From Candidatus Saccharimonadota bacterium (GTDB taxonomy: Bacteria; Patescibacteriota; Saccharimonadia; Saccharimonadales; Saccharimonadaceae), in contig JAFWEN010000002.1 of the NCBI GenBank assembly GCA_017512925.1, forward strand, positions 160,502-224,501: DNA of 64,000 nt, written 5' to 3'. The notes beneath the pieces were generated by a model, which saw only the letters and a list, made by a program, of their open reading frames with translations, made no database searches and was not told the DNA's origin. The first letter of the stretch is position 1. Every line of letters begins with the position of its first letter. Positions 48,485 through 58,109 of the stretch are shown one piece after another. The position numbers were made by a program, and so were the translations under genes.

Positions 48485-49291
48485 TTATTTTTTGTTGTCT
48501 TTTTCGGTGTCGTATAATATTTCTTTAAATTTCTTTTCTTTAATTTTCTTTGACAAATTCATGGTTCTGATACTGATGATGGAATTAGAAAACCCGGCGT
48601 ATAAGAATATGATGCCCCATACCATCATTGAAGCGCCTGGGTAGAAGAGAAGTACTAGACCGAGGATGATTGACGTAATATTGACTATAATATATAGAGT
48701 GGAAGATTTGCTGGATTTTTTTTCTAGATTTTTGAGAGGAGTAATTAGTTTGTTTGCCTGTTCTTCTAGGCCGGCATTAATATTATCATCAACTTCCTTG
48801 AACTTTTCTCTGCGAGATGCCTTTTCTTTACTGGCGGCCTTGCGATGAACCCATTTATTATATTTTTGAGTGACAAAGTTAGTGTATTTGACTAGCTTGC
48901 CTTGTAGATGTAAGGTGCTTGCAATATTGGATACGCTGTCATAGATAATGAATAATGACAGAAGTAGTTGCATATAGGCGGCGATAATGTCTGGGTAAAT
49001 ATAAAAAATTATACTGACTATGATGATAGTGATTGAAATGAGGATTGTTTTGATATCTTTGGTCTTAGAGGCTAGATTTGCGATTAGGACTGAAAAAGAA
49101 GCAAATATTATAATCAATATGATGTTTTGGGCCATTCCGGCTAGAGTAGTGTCTGGGTTAAGAAGGAATGTAATGCCATCTACGATAAGAAAAAATGCGA
49201 TAATCAATCTATTTCGCATGATAATATCTATTTTGTTCGAGATGTTTTCTGCTTTTTTGATGGCATTGTCAAAATTTGGTTTTTTAGGCAT
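48485..49291 (-). CDS. DUF308/HdeD-like membrane protein
   Basis: About six TMs; weak family resemblance. Confidence 0.55.
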   Translation of the reverse strand: MPKKPNFDNAIKKAENISNKIDIIMRNRLIIAFFLIVDGITFLLNPDTTLAGMAQNIILIIIFASFSVLIANLASKTKDIKTILISITIIIVSIIFYIYPDIIAAYMQLLLSLFIIYDSVSNIASTLHLQGKLVKYTNFVTQKYNKWVHRKAASKEKASRREKFKEVDDNINAGLEEQANKLITPLKNLEKKSSKSSTLYIIVNITSIILGLVLLFYPGASMMVWGIIFLYAGFSNSIISIRTMNLSKKIKEKKFKEILYDTEKDNKK

Positions 49292-49309
49292 ATGATCTCG
49301 CTTTATATT

Positions 49310-49386
49310 TGGTACACCCGGAGGGATTTGAACCCACGACCCCTTGTTCCGAAGACAAGTGCTCTAATCCACTGAGCTACGGGTGC
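49310..49386 (-). tRNA. tRNA-Arg(TCG)
   Basis: CTTGT CT TCG GA ACAAG anticodon arm; CCA. Confidence 0.95.
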
Positions 49387-49390
49387 TAAA

Positions 49391-49467
49391 TGGTACGCCC
49401 AGGAGGATTTGAACCTCTAGCCTTCAGCTCCGGAAGCTGACGCTCTATCCAGTTGAGCTATGGGCGC
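49391..49467 (-). tRNA. tRNA-Arg(CCG)
   Basis: TCAGC TT CCG GA GCTGA anticodon arm; CCA. Confidence 0.95.
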
Positions 49468-49535
49468 TTATCTGTTAATTATAGCACAAAGGGTGGGGGG
49501 TTGCAATTTTGGTAGATTTGTGGCTATAATCTGGC

Positions 49536-51011
49536 ATGAAAAAAATGCGGGAAAATGCTCGGCGCTTGCTTGGGCTTGGAATGAGGAATATTCACCAATC
49601 ATGGTTCGTGGTTTTCCTATGCGTAGGAATAGTCGCGGGTATGATTTTGGGATTAGTGTTCAGAATTAATTATTTTGCGTCGCCAGTATGGATAGGGTTT
49701 GCAATACTGACGTTGGTTTTGCTGTATATTTGGCCGAAATATATGTTTGTGGGAGTGGCGATACTCGCGGGGATGGTGTTAGCTTTCTTTCGAGTGGCGA
49801 ACGAGCTGGCTGGCGAGGACTATATACGGCAATTCTATGGGCAGACGGTGATGGTGACAGGAAAGATTAGTGGCGATCCAGAGACGGATGAAAAAGGGAC
49901 GAAACTAAAACTATATGATTTGAAGTTTGGGGAAGGGGAGTATGGCATAAGGGGAAATATTTATGTGATGTTAAGGAAAAATGAAGAAATACGTAGGAGT
50001 GATACGGTGGTTCTGGAGGGGGAAATGGAGAGTGGATTTGGAACTTATGTGGGGTATATGTATCAGCCGAAAGTAGTGAAAGTGTTAAAACCGGAGCCGG
50101 GAGACTGGGTGCTAAAAATACGAGATTGGTTTGCGGAGCGAGTGCGGAAATTGATTCCAGAGCCACAAGTGAATTTGGGGATGTCGTATTTGATGGGGAT
50201 GAAAACTGGGTTGCCAGATGATTTAGAAGATAATCTTAGGATGGTGGGGTTAGTGCATATAGTGGTGGCGAGTGGGACGCATTTAGCGATTTTGGTGGAG
50301 GTGGCAAAGAAAATATTTGGGAGATTTTCGCGGTTTGCGGGAGTGCTATTTTCTGGGATGTTTGTGGTGATTTTTATGGCGATGGTAGGGTGGACGCCGT
50401 CAATATTAAGAGCAGGAATAATGACACTGCTTACGATTGCAGCGTGGTATGTGGGGAGGAAATTTGAACCATGGCGGATAATTTTATTGGTGATGGCGGG
50501 GACACTAATGGTGGAGCCGATGTTCTTGATTAACTTAGGATGGCTTTTGTCATTTGCCTCTTTTGGTGGAATTATGATTTTGGGGCCTAAATTTACGAAA
50601 TTTTTTTATGGCGGGAAGAAACCGAGTTTTGTGGCGGAGATGATTATCACGACTGTGGCAGCAACGTTAATGACTTTACCGATAGTCTTGTATTATTATG
50701 GAACGATTTCGTTGGTGTCTGTGGTGGCGAACTTGTTGATCTTGCCAACATTACCGTACGCGATGGGGTTGGTATTTTTGACTGGTGTGGTATGTGGAGT
50801 GCCGTTTGTTGAAACTGTCGTAGCGTGGTGTGCGACGCGGCTGTTGGAATTTCATATTGGTGTGGTGGAGTTTTTTGGCGAGATGAAGAGTTTCGTGGTA
50901 GAGATAGAACCATACCAAGGCTGGGTGTTTGGGATATATGGGTTGATTATATTGTGGCTGGCGGTTGATTATTTGTGGAAGAAGTTATGGTATAATAAAA
51001 AACATGAATAG
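49536..51011 (+). CDS. comEC: ComEC/Rec2 competence channel without the beta-lactamase domain
   Basis: GLVHIVVASGTH, PSILRAGIM, GWLLSF, SVVANL. Confidence 0.9.
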   Translation: MKKMRENARRLLGLGMRNIHQSWFVVFLCVGIVAGMILGLVFRINYFASPVWIGFAILTLVLLYIWPKYMFVGVAILAGMVLAFFRVANELAGEDYIRQFYGQTVMVTGKISGDPETDEKGTKLKLYDLKFGEGEYGIRGNIYVMLRKNEEIRRSDTVVLEGEMESGFGTYVGYMYQPKVVKVLKPEPGDWVLKIRDWFAERVRKLIPEPQVNLGMSYLMGMKTGLPDDLEDNLRMVGLVHIVVASGTHLAILVEVAKKIFGRFSRFAGVLFSGMFVVIFMAMVGWTPSILRAGIMTLLTIAAWYVGRKFEPWRIILLVMAGTLMVEPMFLINLGWLLSFASFGGIMILGPKFTKFFYGGKKPSFVAEMIITTVAATLMTLPIVLYYYGTISLVSVVANLLILPTLPYAMGLVFLTGVVCGVPFVETVVAWCATRLLEFHIGVVEFFGEMKSFVVEIEPYQGWVFGIYGLIILWLAVDYLWKKLWYNKKHE

Positions 51012-51906
51012 TTTATTTAGCGAATCAATGATAGGAAAAATTAGAAAAGTAAAGAAAAGTTTTTTGTGGGCAGCTGTTTGCATATTGATAGGTGAAGTGG
51101 TTGTTGGTGCAATATTAATTTTGGCGCAAAGCTTCAATGAGACGATTGGGAGGTTGATGGGAACTTTTGCGGCGTGTGCTATTATGTTGTTCCTTGGAGT
51201 GAATAATTTTTCAAGGATGGAAAAGAATGATAGGATAGTACAGAGTTTTGCGTTGGTGGGTTTTATTTGTAATTTAATTTGGTTGTTTTTGGCGTTCCTA
51301 TTTATTTGGAATATAGTTCCGTTTATAGAATCTTCTGGCGTGTGGTCGTATTCTTATAGAATGACTGCGATGGCGAAATTATTTTCGGTTGCAGTTGATA
51401 TCGCTGTGATGTCGTTTTGTGTTTCTAATACATGGGCTATTGAAGAAACTCTGAAGCCAGTAAGGCCGCTTAAGATAACTGCGCTTATTTGTGCATTTTA
51501 TTGTGGTATTTATTCTGTGATAGTAACAATTGGGGATGTCCAGGCGGTGACGGATGGAAGATGGTATGGCTTGGCGGCGTTGGCAGGATTTGCTTTTGTC
51601 GTGATGGTTATTGCTGCGGTAATTGTATCAAAAAACGGGAAAAAGAAAAAAGATAAAGAAGTTGATGGTGTAAATAAAGAGGGGATGCAGGCGACAATTC
51701 AGGAGTTGGTTGAAAAGGAAGTTCAGGAGAGATTGAAGGAAGAGAGAGCTAGAGAGAGTGAAAGGTTGGAAAATTACGATCAAGTGGTGGGTGATGTGCA
51801 AAGTGCGAGTGGTGTACAAGGTGTAAGTGCGGGTGAAACTCAAATAGTGGGGCACGAGCCTAAATCGGTGCCGGATTCGATTTATCCGGATGCGAAGGAA
51901 AAATAG
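51004..51906 (+). CDS. Hypothetical polytopic membrane protein
   Basis: About six TMs and a charged tail; start moved to MNSLF. Confidence 0.7.
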   Translation: MNSLFSESMIGKIRKVKKSFLWAAVCILIGEVVVGAILILAQSFNETIGRLMGTFAACAIMLFLGVNNFSRMEKNDRIVQSFALVGFICNLIWLFLAFLFIWNIVPFIESSGVWSYSYRMTAMAKLFSVAVDIAVMSFCVSNTWAIEETLKPVRPLKITALICAFYCGIYSVIVTIGDVQAVTDGRWYGLAALAGFAFVVMVIAAVIVSKNGKKKKDKEVDGVNKEGMQATIQELVEKEVQERLKEERARESERLENYDQVVGDVQSASGVQGVSAGETQIVGHEPKSVPDSIYPDAKEK

Positions 51907-51981
51907 CTCAATAGACATTTTGGCGGGAAAATGGTAAAATTAGGGAAAGATAGATATTAGTTAATTTTTGAAGGAGTTGAT

Positions 51982-52683
51982 ATGTCGGGGCATAGTAAAT
52001 GGGCGACGACAAAGCGGCAGAAGGCTGTAGTGGACGCTAAAAGAGGAGCGCTTTTTACAAAAATAGGAAATCAAATTGCGATTGCAGCAAGGGCTGGTAC
52101 GGATCCGGCGATGAACCCATCACTCGCAATGGTGCTAGAAAAAGCAAGGCTAGCGAATATGCCGAAGGCAAATATCGAGCGAGCGATTGCGCGGGTGGCG
52201 GATAAGTCTGCGGCGGCGTTGATTGAAGAGGTGTATGAAGCGTATGGCCCTGGTGGGGTAGGGATTGTAATTGAGGTGGCGACGGATAATAAAAACCGGA
52301 CGATGCCGGAGGTGAGACATACTTTGGATAAGAACGGCGGCCGAATGGCGGAGCCGGGCAGTGTGATGTTTCAATTTAAGCGTAAAGGTGTGATTGAAAT
52401 TTCTGAGAAAGGTGACGAAGCAATGATGGCGGCACTTGATGCGGGTGCTGAGGATGTTTCTGATGAAGATGACGGTACTGTAATATATACTGAGGCCTCG
52501 GATTTGATGAAAGTGCGAAATGCGTTGGTAGAGGCGGGGACGACAGTAACTTCGGCAGAGCAGCAATATGTGCCAACCTCGTATGTGCCGATAGAAGGTG
52601 AAAATGCAGAGAAGCTCGAAAAGCTGTTGTCCGCAATTGACGACCTTGATGACGTAACGAATGTCTATACAAACGCGGAATAA
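51982..52683 (+). CDS. yebC: YebC/PmpR family protein
   Basis: MSGHSKWAT, YEAYGPGG, TDNKNRT, DDLDDVTNVY. Confidence 0.96.
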   Translation: MSGHSKWATTKRQKAVVDAKRGALFTKIGNQIAIAARAGTDPAMNPSLAMVLEKARLANMPKANIERAIARVADKSAAALIEEVYEAYGPGGVGIVIEVATDNKNRTMPEVRHTLDKNGGRMAEPGSVMFQFKRKGVIEISEKGDEAMMAALDAGAEDVSDEDDGTVIYTEASDLMKVRNALVEAGTTVTSAEQQYVPTSYVPIEGENAEKLEKLLSAIDDLDDVTNVYTNAE

Positions 52684-52701
52684 TCTGTTATAATTGTTGG
52701 T

Positions 52702-52787
52702 GGAAAGGTGGCCGAGTGGTTGAAGGCACTGGTCTTGAAAACCAGAGATGGAAACATCCGCAGGTTCGAATCCTGTCCTTTCCGCCA
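52702..52787 (+). tRNA. tRNA-Ser(TGA)
   Basis: CTGGT CT TGA AA ACCAG; long variable arm; GCCA end. Confidence 0.95.
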
Positions 52788-52789
52788 AT

Positions 52790-53170
52790 TTTATTTAGCT
52801 ATTTTAGCATCTTCGGCTATGACAGAAACCATGTTGATGACGGCCTCGAGTTTTACGAGGTCTTTTTTGGATAGTCTTCTCTCTGAGATGCTTTTGCCGA
52901 ACAATAATTTGCCAATTTCTTTGCCTTTGCTATTTTTAGTATGGCAATACGTGAAATGTGAAAACCATCTTTTTTAATGGTGGGTTTGATCCAGATTTGA
53001 TCTTCTTCTGGTTTTAGTTCTAAGATTTCGTTGATTTCGTCTAGATGCTCGTTATTGACTGTTAAAAAGGTCTGAAGCATCGGGATATGAGTGAAAATTT
53101 TCGGGTGAAGCTTGCCTTCAGGAGTTCCCTGAAGATGTGTTTTGTCTATTGATGGAAATCCTGTCTTCAT
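52790..53170 (-). pseudogene. Probable chimeric or frameshifted gene remnant
   Basis: RBS + MKTGFPSIDK start; a second frame gives ...KLLFGKSISERRLSKKDLVKLEAVINMVSVIAEDAKIAK*. Confidence 0.35.
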
Positions 53171-53325
53171 GTTGTCACCTCCCCTTCCATCAGAATACAA
53201 ACGAATGACGGCGTAGAGAAATCAGCTTTTAAATGAACGGCAACCTCGAAAGATTACTTTATATGTTATACCAAAAAGTTGTGCTTTTTTCAAGTATGTT
53301 TTATTTATTTAAGAAATAACAATGC

Positions 53326-54291
53326 CTATTCGGCTTTGACTTCTTCGTGAAGCTTTTTGAATTTGGAAGATTTGGAGTCTAAGGCGTTAAAATCTTTTTC
53401 GCTTGGAATATCGTTAATACCGGAGTTGATGTAATTGCGGAGGACGCCTACCAAGATGAATGGGCGGACGAAGGTGGAATGAAGGAATGACCAGAACATT
53501 GTACCGATGATGATGGCGCAAATGATAGTGACGACGTTAGGATCCGAAAGCCATTCTGGAGCGTCGCTGATTTTAGAAACTACTTCGCTAGAGAAATTAG
53601 CGAAAGCTTCTGGGAACCCGGAAAGAATTAGATAGGCGATACCGCCAAAGACGCCGCCGATTGCTAAGAAAGATAGGATGCTGATGCCGAAAACGCGACC
53701 GAGGTTTTTGGCAAGGGTTTTGCCGTGTTTGAAGAATAATACTGCGCCTTCAAGAGTAGCTTTGGTGGCTTTTTCGTCTTTACGGTAAAAAACCCAACCA
53801 AGACAACAGTCGCAGAGATAAGCTACGATGGTCTGGATAACGCTGGAAATAGTAGAACCGATGGTGCTACCAGTATCGCCGCCTACAGCTTGACCAACTG
53901 CAGTAATGCCGTTGCCGATTTGTTGGAAGATGCCTTTGATGGCTCCAGTAACAGCATAATATGCAACGACGGTGGCAAAGCGTTCTTTAACGACTTTTTT
54001 GCCTTTTTCTATGACGTTTTCTGGGAGTTTGCCTTTGACGACACCTTCGGTCATCATGGCGATTTGGCCAGCTTTGTAGCTGAAAGCGATGTAATGTAGA
54101 ATTAAATACATTACGATGCCACCGATGATGGCGCCGATGCCTAGGCCGATAAGACCGCTATCCGCGGTGGTTTCGGCGATGAGAAAACCGCCTATCGTGA
54201 GAGCAGCAAAAACGATGAAGGCGATAAAGTCCCACATTAGTCTTCTGAGGGAGAAGCCAAGAGTTTTTTTGTAAATTTCTGTATTGTTCAT
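53326..54291 (-). CDS. Hypothetical membrane protein
   Basis: 321 aa with several TMs. Confidence 0.75.
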   Translation of the reverse strand: MNNTEIYKKTLGFSLRRLMWDFIAFIVFAALTIGGFLIAETTADSGLIGLGIGAIIGGIVMYLILHYIAFSYKAGQIAMMTEGVVKGKLPENVIEKGKKVVKERFATVVAYYAVTGAIKGIFQQIGNGITAVGQAVGGDTGSTIGSTISSVIQTIVAYLCDCCLGWVFYRKDEKATKATLEGAVLFFKHGKTLAKNLGRVFGISILSFLAIGGVFGGIAYLILSGFPEAFANFSSEVVSKISDAPEWLSDPNVVTIICAIIIGTMFWSFLHSTFVRPFILVGVLRNYINSGINDIPSEKDFNALDSKSSKFKKLHEEVKAE

Positions 54292-54340
54292 TTATTCCTT
54301 TCCATTAATTATGAAAAATAAGCCCGGCGGTGCGGACTTA

Positions 54341-54445
54341 TTAGCGACCGTTCTTGAGGCGCGGATGTTTGCGCTTGTCGCTGTGCTTGTGGTTATTGTT
54401 GCGATTTTGCTTCGCAACGATTTTCATTTTGAATTTTCTTGCCAT
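54341..54445 (-). CDS. 34-aa highly basic microprotein (not in the ORF track)
   Basis: MARKFKMKIVAKQNRNNNHKHSDKRKHPRLKNGR; TGCTATAAT 6 nt upstream; tandem TAA TAA. Confidence 0.65.
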   Translation of the reverse strand: MARKFKMKIVAKQNRNNNHKHSDKRKHPRLKNGR

Positions 54446-54502
54446 GTGTTTATTATAGCACGTTTGGTAATAGAATGAAAATTCTTATGTTATAATAAAT
54501 AT

Positions 54503-56125
54503 ATGGATGAGCAAGAAATTCAGCTGAGGAGACGAGAAAATGAGGAACGTGCGGCGAGTGAGCGTGCGCGGATTTTGCAGCTGCCATATTTGGATACGAG
54601 AAGTTTTGAGGATACTATCCCGTTGATTAAAGATTTGTTACCGGTGGAGGAGATGCATAAAGATTTCATCTTACCTTTAGCGCTAGGTGGTGGGGAAAAA
54701 CACTTCCAATTTATGGTGACGAGTCAGACGCCGCGATCTTTGATAGAAAAGATGCGGCAAGAATATATTGATAATGGTGAACGGGCAGATTTTTTCCTGA
54801 TTTCTAATTCAGCCTATAAAACATTTATGCTTAGGTATGACCCGCCGCGTGAAATTATTTATGACGATATTAAGATTGCGGGCGAAGGTGATTCGGAGAC
54901 GATTGCGAGTGTGTCTAAAACTTTGAATGAAGTTTCTACTGAGCGGGTGTTTGACTTTCTGATTGATCAAGCGGATAAGCTGGGAGCTTCGGATATTCAT
55001 ATTGAAAACTTGCGGGGCGAGATTAGGATCCGGATGCGTGTGGATGGATTGTTGCATCCGGTGGCAGTGATTGATAGGGATAGATATCGGATTTTTATGG
55101 GGGAATTGTCGTCGCGGGCGAATGTGTCGATGGCAACGAATAAGCCACAATCCGGACATATGCAGAAGGAGATTTCGCGGGATGGGGTTTCGCATATTTT
55201 GAATATTCGCGTAGAGACGATTCCGACGATGTATGGGCAGGATGCGGTGCTGCGTCTATTTAACTTTGATGAGAGCTTGCTGAATTTGGATTTGTTGGGA
55301 CTATCAGACGAAGAACGGGCAGAGATTGATGAAGTGATTTCGCATCCGCGAGGGCTAGTATTAATGGTGGGTCCGACGGGTTCTGGTAAATCTACGACTC
55401 TGTACTCTATGTTGAATGCGCTAAATACGACAGACCGGAAGATTATTACTTTGGAGGACCCGATTGAGTATGGAATCACTGGGATTTCACAGATTCCGAT
55501 CAATACAAACGATGGGGGCTCATTTGCAGAAGGGCTAAGATCGGTGTTACGTCTAGATCCAGATGTGGTGATGGTAGGCGAGATTCGTGATGCAGATACG
55601 GCGAAGACGGCGATTCAGGCTTCAATTACGGGACATTTGGTGCTGTCATCGTTCCATGCTAATTCCACTTCGGCGGCGTTTTCGCGTATGATTGATCTGA
55701 TTGGGGTAAATCCGATTTTTGCTTCGTCGATTAGGTTGATTGTGGCGCAGAGGTTGGTGAGAAAATTATCACCATCAAAGAAGGCACGGCCAGCGACAGA
55801 GGCGGAGATAAAGTATATTCGTGAAGTCTTGGCGGGCGCTTCACAGGAAAAATTGACAGGGGTGGATTTGGAAGATATTACGCTTTATGATCCGGTGATT
55901 ACGGAAGAAGACCCATTTGGGTATAGTGGGCGAATGGTAATAATGGAACAACTGGTGGTGTCTGATGATATTCAGGCGTATATTCGTGGAGACGTGGAAG
56001 ATATTAATACGAAGGCGATTGAAGCTACGGCGAAAAAGAATGGAATGCTGACTCTGGAACAGAAGGGAGTGCTGGCGGCACTCCGTGGGGAAACGACGCT
56101 TGCGGAAGTGGCGAGGGTGATTTAG
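54503..56125 (+). CDS. GspE/PilB family pilus assembly ATPase
   Basis: ASDIHIE, GPTGSGKSTT, LEDPIEY, LRLDPDVVMVGEIRD, TGHLVLSSFH. Confidence 0.93.
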   Translation: MDEQEIQLRRRENEERAASERARILQLPYLDTRSFEDTIPLIKDLLPVEEMHKDFILPLALGGGEKHFQFMVTSQTPRSLIEKMRQEYIDNGERADFFLISNSAYKTFMLRYDPPREIIYDDIKIAGEGDSETIASVSKTLNEVSTERVFDFLIDQADKLGASDIHIENLRGEIRIRMRVDGLLHPVAVIDRDRYRIFMGELSSRANVSMATNKPQSGHMQKEISRDGVSHILNIRVETIPTMYGQDAVLRLFNFDESLLNLDLLGLSDEERAEIDEVISHPRGLVLMVGPTGSGKSTTLYSMLNALNTTDRKIITLEDPIEYGITGISQIPINTNDGGSFAEGLRSVLRLDPDVVMVGEIRDADTAKTAIQASITGHLVLSSFHANSTSAAFSRMIDLIGVNPIFASSIRLIVAQRLVRKLSPSKKARPATEAEIKYIREVLAGASQEKLTGVDLEDITLYDPVITEEDPFGYSGRMVIMEQLVVSDDIQAYIRGDVEDINTKAIEATAKKNGMLTLEQKGVLAALRGETTLAEVARVI

Positions 56126-56150
56126 ACGAAACCAGTATTGCACAAAAAAA

Positions 56151-56225
56151 TGGCGAGGCCAGCAAGAATCGAACTTGCATTGTATCCTTAGAGGGGATAT
56201 GTCCTATCCGTTGAACGATGGCCCC
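56151..56225 (-). tRNA. tRNA-Arg(TCT) with atypical C33
   Basis: GGGGCCA...TATCC CC TCT AA GGATA...TGGCCTC G CCA; A20 present. Confidence 0.85.
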
Positions 56226-56245
56226 GTCAACAAAGATATTATATC

Positions 56246-56995
56246 TTATTTTTCGGGTTTGCGCAACTTGTAGTAGATGGAAGGTGCAAAACGGATTGGT
56301 GCTAGAATCTGTTGCGCAGAGTTTTCCATTTTCACTAAATTATTCGTTCCAAATACTTTTTTTAATGATTTGCTGCGGAAATTAGACACGGACAGTATTC
56401 GCTCTGTTTTAAAGCCTGTTTTCTCAAAAATCTCTTCCACGTATTTTGGGTGATAATTATAAAACCCGTCTGCCGAAATCTCTTTGTAATTTGCGACTTT
56501 CTTATCAAACGGATTAACTTTGGAACGTTTTGTTACAAATCTTACCATTTTTGGAATTGTACGCTTGTTTGCAACTTCTATCACTGCTACACCGCCTGGT
56601 TTTAGCACGCGATATAGTTCGCCTATTGCTTTATCCATATTCTTCAAATGATGCGTTACCCGTATCATCATCAGTCCGTCTAGCTCGTTGTCTTTAAACG
56701 GCAATTTATAAATATCTCCGGCTTTTGTCTCAATTTTGTTGCCGTAAATTTCTTTGGCTTGTTCAAGTTCGGTCTTAGAATAGTCAAAGATATAGACTTT
56801 GTGCGCTCGCTTCAAATATTCATTTGCTAAACGCCCATAGCCTCCGCCAATATCCGCAAATTTTTCCATTCTTTTTGGCAATAACTTACGAATTGCCATT
56901 CTATCGGCTTGGTCTTCATATTCACGATCTGCATCTTCCCAGAAGATTTTTTTATAATCATAACCGTTATAGTCAGAAACAACTTTTTCACTCAT
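56246..56995 (-). CDS. Class I SAM-dependent methyltransferase
   Basis: ADIGGGYGR, GDIYKLPF, LYRVLKPGG; start moved to MSEKVV. Confidence 0.88.
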   Translation of the reverse strand: MSEKVVSDYNGYDYKKIFWEDADREYEDQADRMAIRKLLPKRMEKFADIGGGYGRLANEYLKRAHKVYIFDYSKTELEQAKEIYGNKIETKAGDIYKLPFKDNELDGLMMIRVTHHLKNMDKAIGELYRVLKPGGVAVIEVANKRTIPKMVRFVTKRSKVNPFDKKVANYKEISADGFYNYHPKYVEEIFEKTGFKTERILSVSNFRSKSLKKVFGTNNLVKMENSAQQILAPIRFAPSIYYKLRKPEK

Positions 56996-57062
56996 ATCTT
57001 CCATTATACAACAATTCCTCATCATTTTACAAAAAAACGATGGCTAGCTTTATTGTTAAAGC

Positions 57063-57091
57063 TTGAAATTGTGAAAAATGTTTGGTAGAAT
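57063..57091 (+). promoter_or_regulatory. Sigma70-type promoter
   Basis: TTGAAA-17-TAGAAT with an extended -10 TG. Confidence 0.7.
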
Positions 57092-57096
57092 GGTAA

Positions 57097-57291
57097 TTGT
57101 CGTTCTTAAAAATTCCCAATTAGACTGGTGGCTAAGTCTTTCGCGAGGTGGGCTCAATAAAAGATAAAGGTCGTGGAACGATAAAATTAAGGAGAACATT
57201 GGATACAATGCGTATCAAACTAGCCAGACGTTCGCACGAACGGAAGGTAAAGATAGCTCCAGCCGAGTGGCAGGAATATCTAGAAATCTAA
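57097..57291 (+). ncRNA. Candidate structured RNA, possibly also encoding a 27-30 aa peptide
   Basis: Own promoter and terminator; several hairpins; possible pseudoknot. Confidence 0.5.
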
Positions 57292-57320
57292 AATAAATCC
57301 CCTTTCGGGGATTTATTTTA
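57289..57320. terminator. Bidirectional intrinsic terminator
   Basis: TAAAATAAATCCCC-TTTC-GGGGATTTATTTTA. Confidence 0.85.
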
Positions 57321-58079
57321 TTTCGTGGTGTTGGCAATTTGTTTAAGGATGTCGATGAACTCGGCGCCGTTCAAAGCGTGGTCCCAACTGATGGTTTTAC
57401 CGTTGACAACGACGGCGCTGCCTTCTTGGTTGCTCCAGTCTATGTATTGACCGTTAACGTAGAAAGCTGGGGTGGCTGGGATATTGATGCGTTTGCCGAT
57501 GCCCATGTCGAAGCTGATTTTTTTGGAGACTTGGGCGGAGCTGATGTCTTGCTTGAACTTTTCGAGATCGCCTTTGCCATCGGTGACTTCTTCGAAATAT
57601 TTACTGAAGAGTGTGGCGCGTTCGGAGCTGGAAGCATATTCCCATTCGGATTGATTAGAAAAGAGCTCATCGGCGTATTCTTTCCAGTAGCCTTGAAGGC
57701 CGGCGGCTTCAGCAGCGGAAGCGGCAGCGGTGGCATTTTGATGATAGCTGAGTAAATGATTACGATAAACTACGGCGAGCTTGCCATCGGCTTCTTCTAC
57801 GGCCTGGTTGACGCGAGGATTGATGCTTGCGCAGCCAGGACATTGAAAATCAGCATATTCGAATATGATGACGGGAGCGTTTTTATCTCCTTTGACGTGA
57901 TCGCCGATATTGCCGTTATGCTCGTCGGCTTCAATGATTGAATAGAAATCGTATTCTTCGAAATTAGTAGCTTTGTTGTTGCCATCTATAACAAGCCAGG
58001 CTGCGACACTGATGGCTATGGCGACTGTGATGCCAATAATGACGGCAGCGACTGTTGAAAAACCAGTATATTTTTTCAT
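57318..58079 (-). CDS. DsbA/thioredoxin-fold membrane-anchored oxidoreductase
   Basis: EYADFQCPGC; ATPAFYVNG. Confidence 0.9.
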   Translation of the reverse strand: MKKYTGFSTVAAVIIGITVAIAISVAAWLVIDGNNKATNFEEYDFYSIIEADEHNGNIGDHVKGDKNAPVIIFEYADFQCPGCASINPRVNQAVEEADGKLAVVYRNHLLSYHQNATAAASAAEAAGLQGYWKEYADELFSNQSEWEYASSSERATLFSKYFEEVTDGKGDLEKFKQDISSAQVSKKISFDMGIGKRINIPATPAFYVNGQYIDWSNQEGSAVVVNGKTISWDHALNGAEFIDILKQIANTTK

Positions 58080-58109
58080 ATTACTCCTTTATGATATAAT
58101 GATTATATC

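Noticed and set aside
52150-52977. ORFs overlapping tRNA-Ser (52150..52788, 52708..52977); likewise 60025..60585 over tRNA-Pro
   Set aside because: Shadow frames of tRNA and housekeeping genes
54284-54478. 64-aa hydrophobic plus-strand ORF
   Set aside because: It is antisense to the better-supported 34-aa basic ORF, which has a promoter
57097-57291. ZTP (pfl) riboswitch, suggested by GACTGG...AGGTGGG...CGTGGA
   Set aside because: No CCAC partner strand, no GCCG...CCTGGGC 3' hairpin and no downstream purine/folate gene
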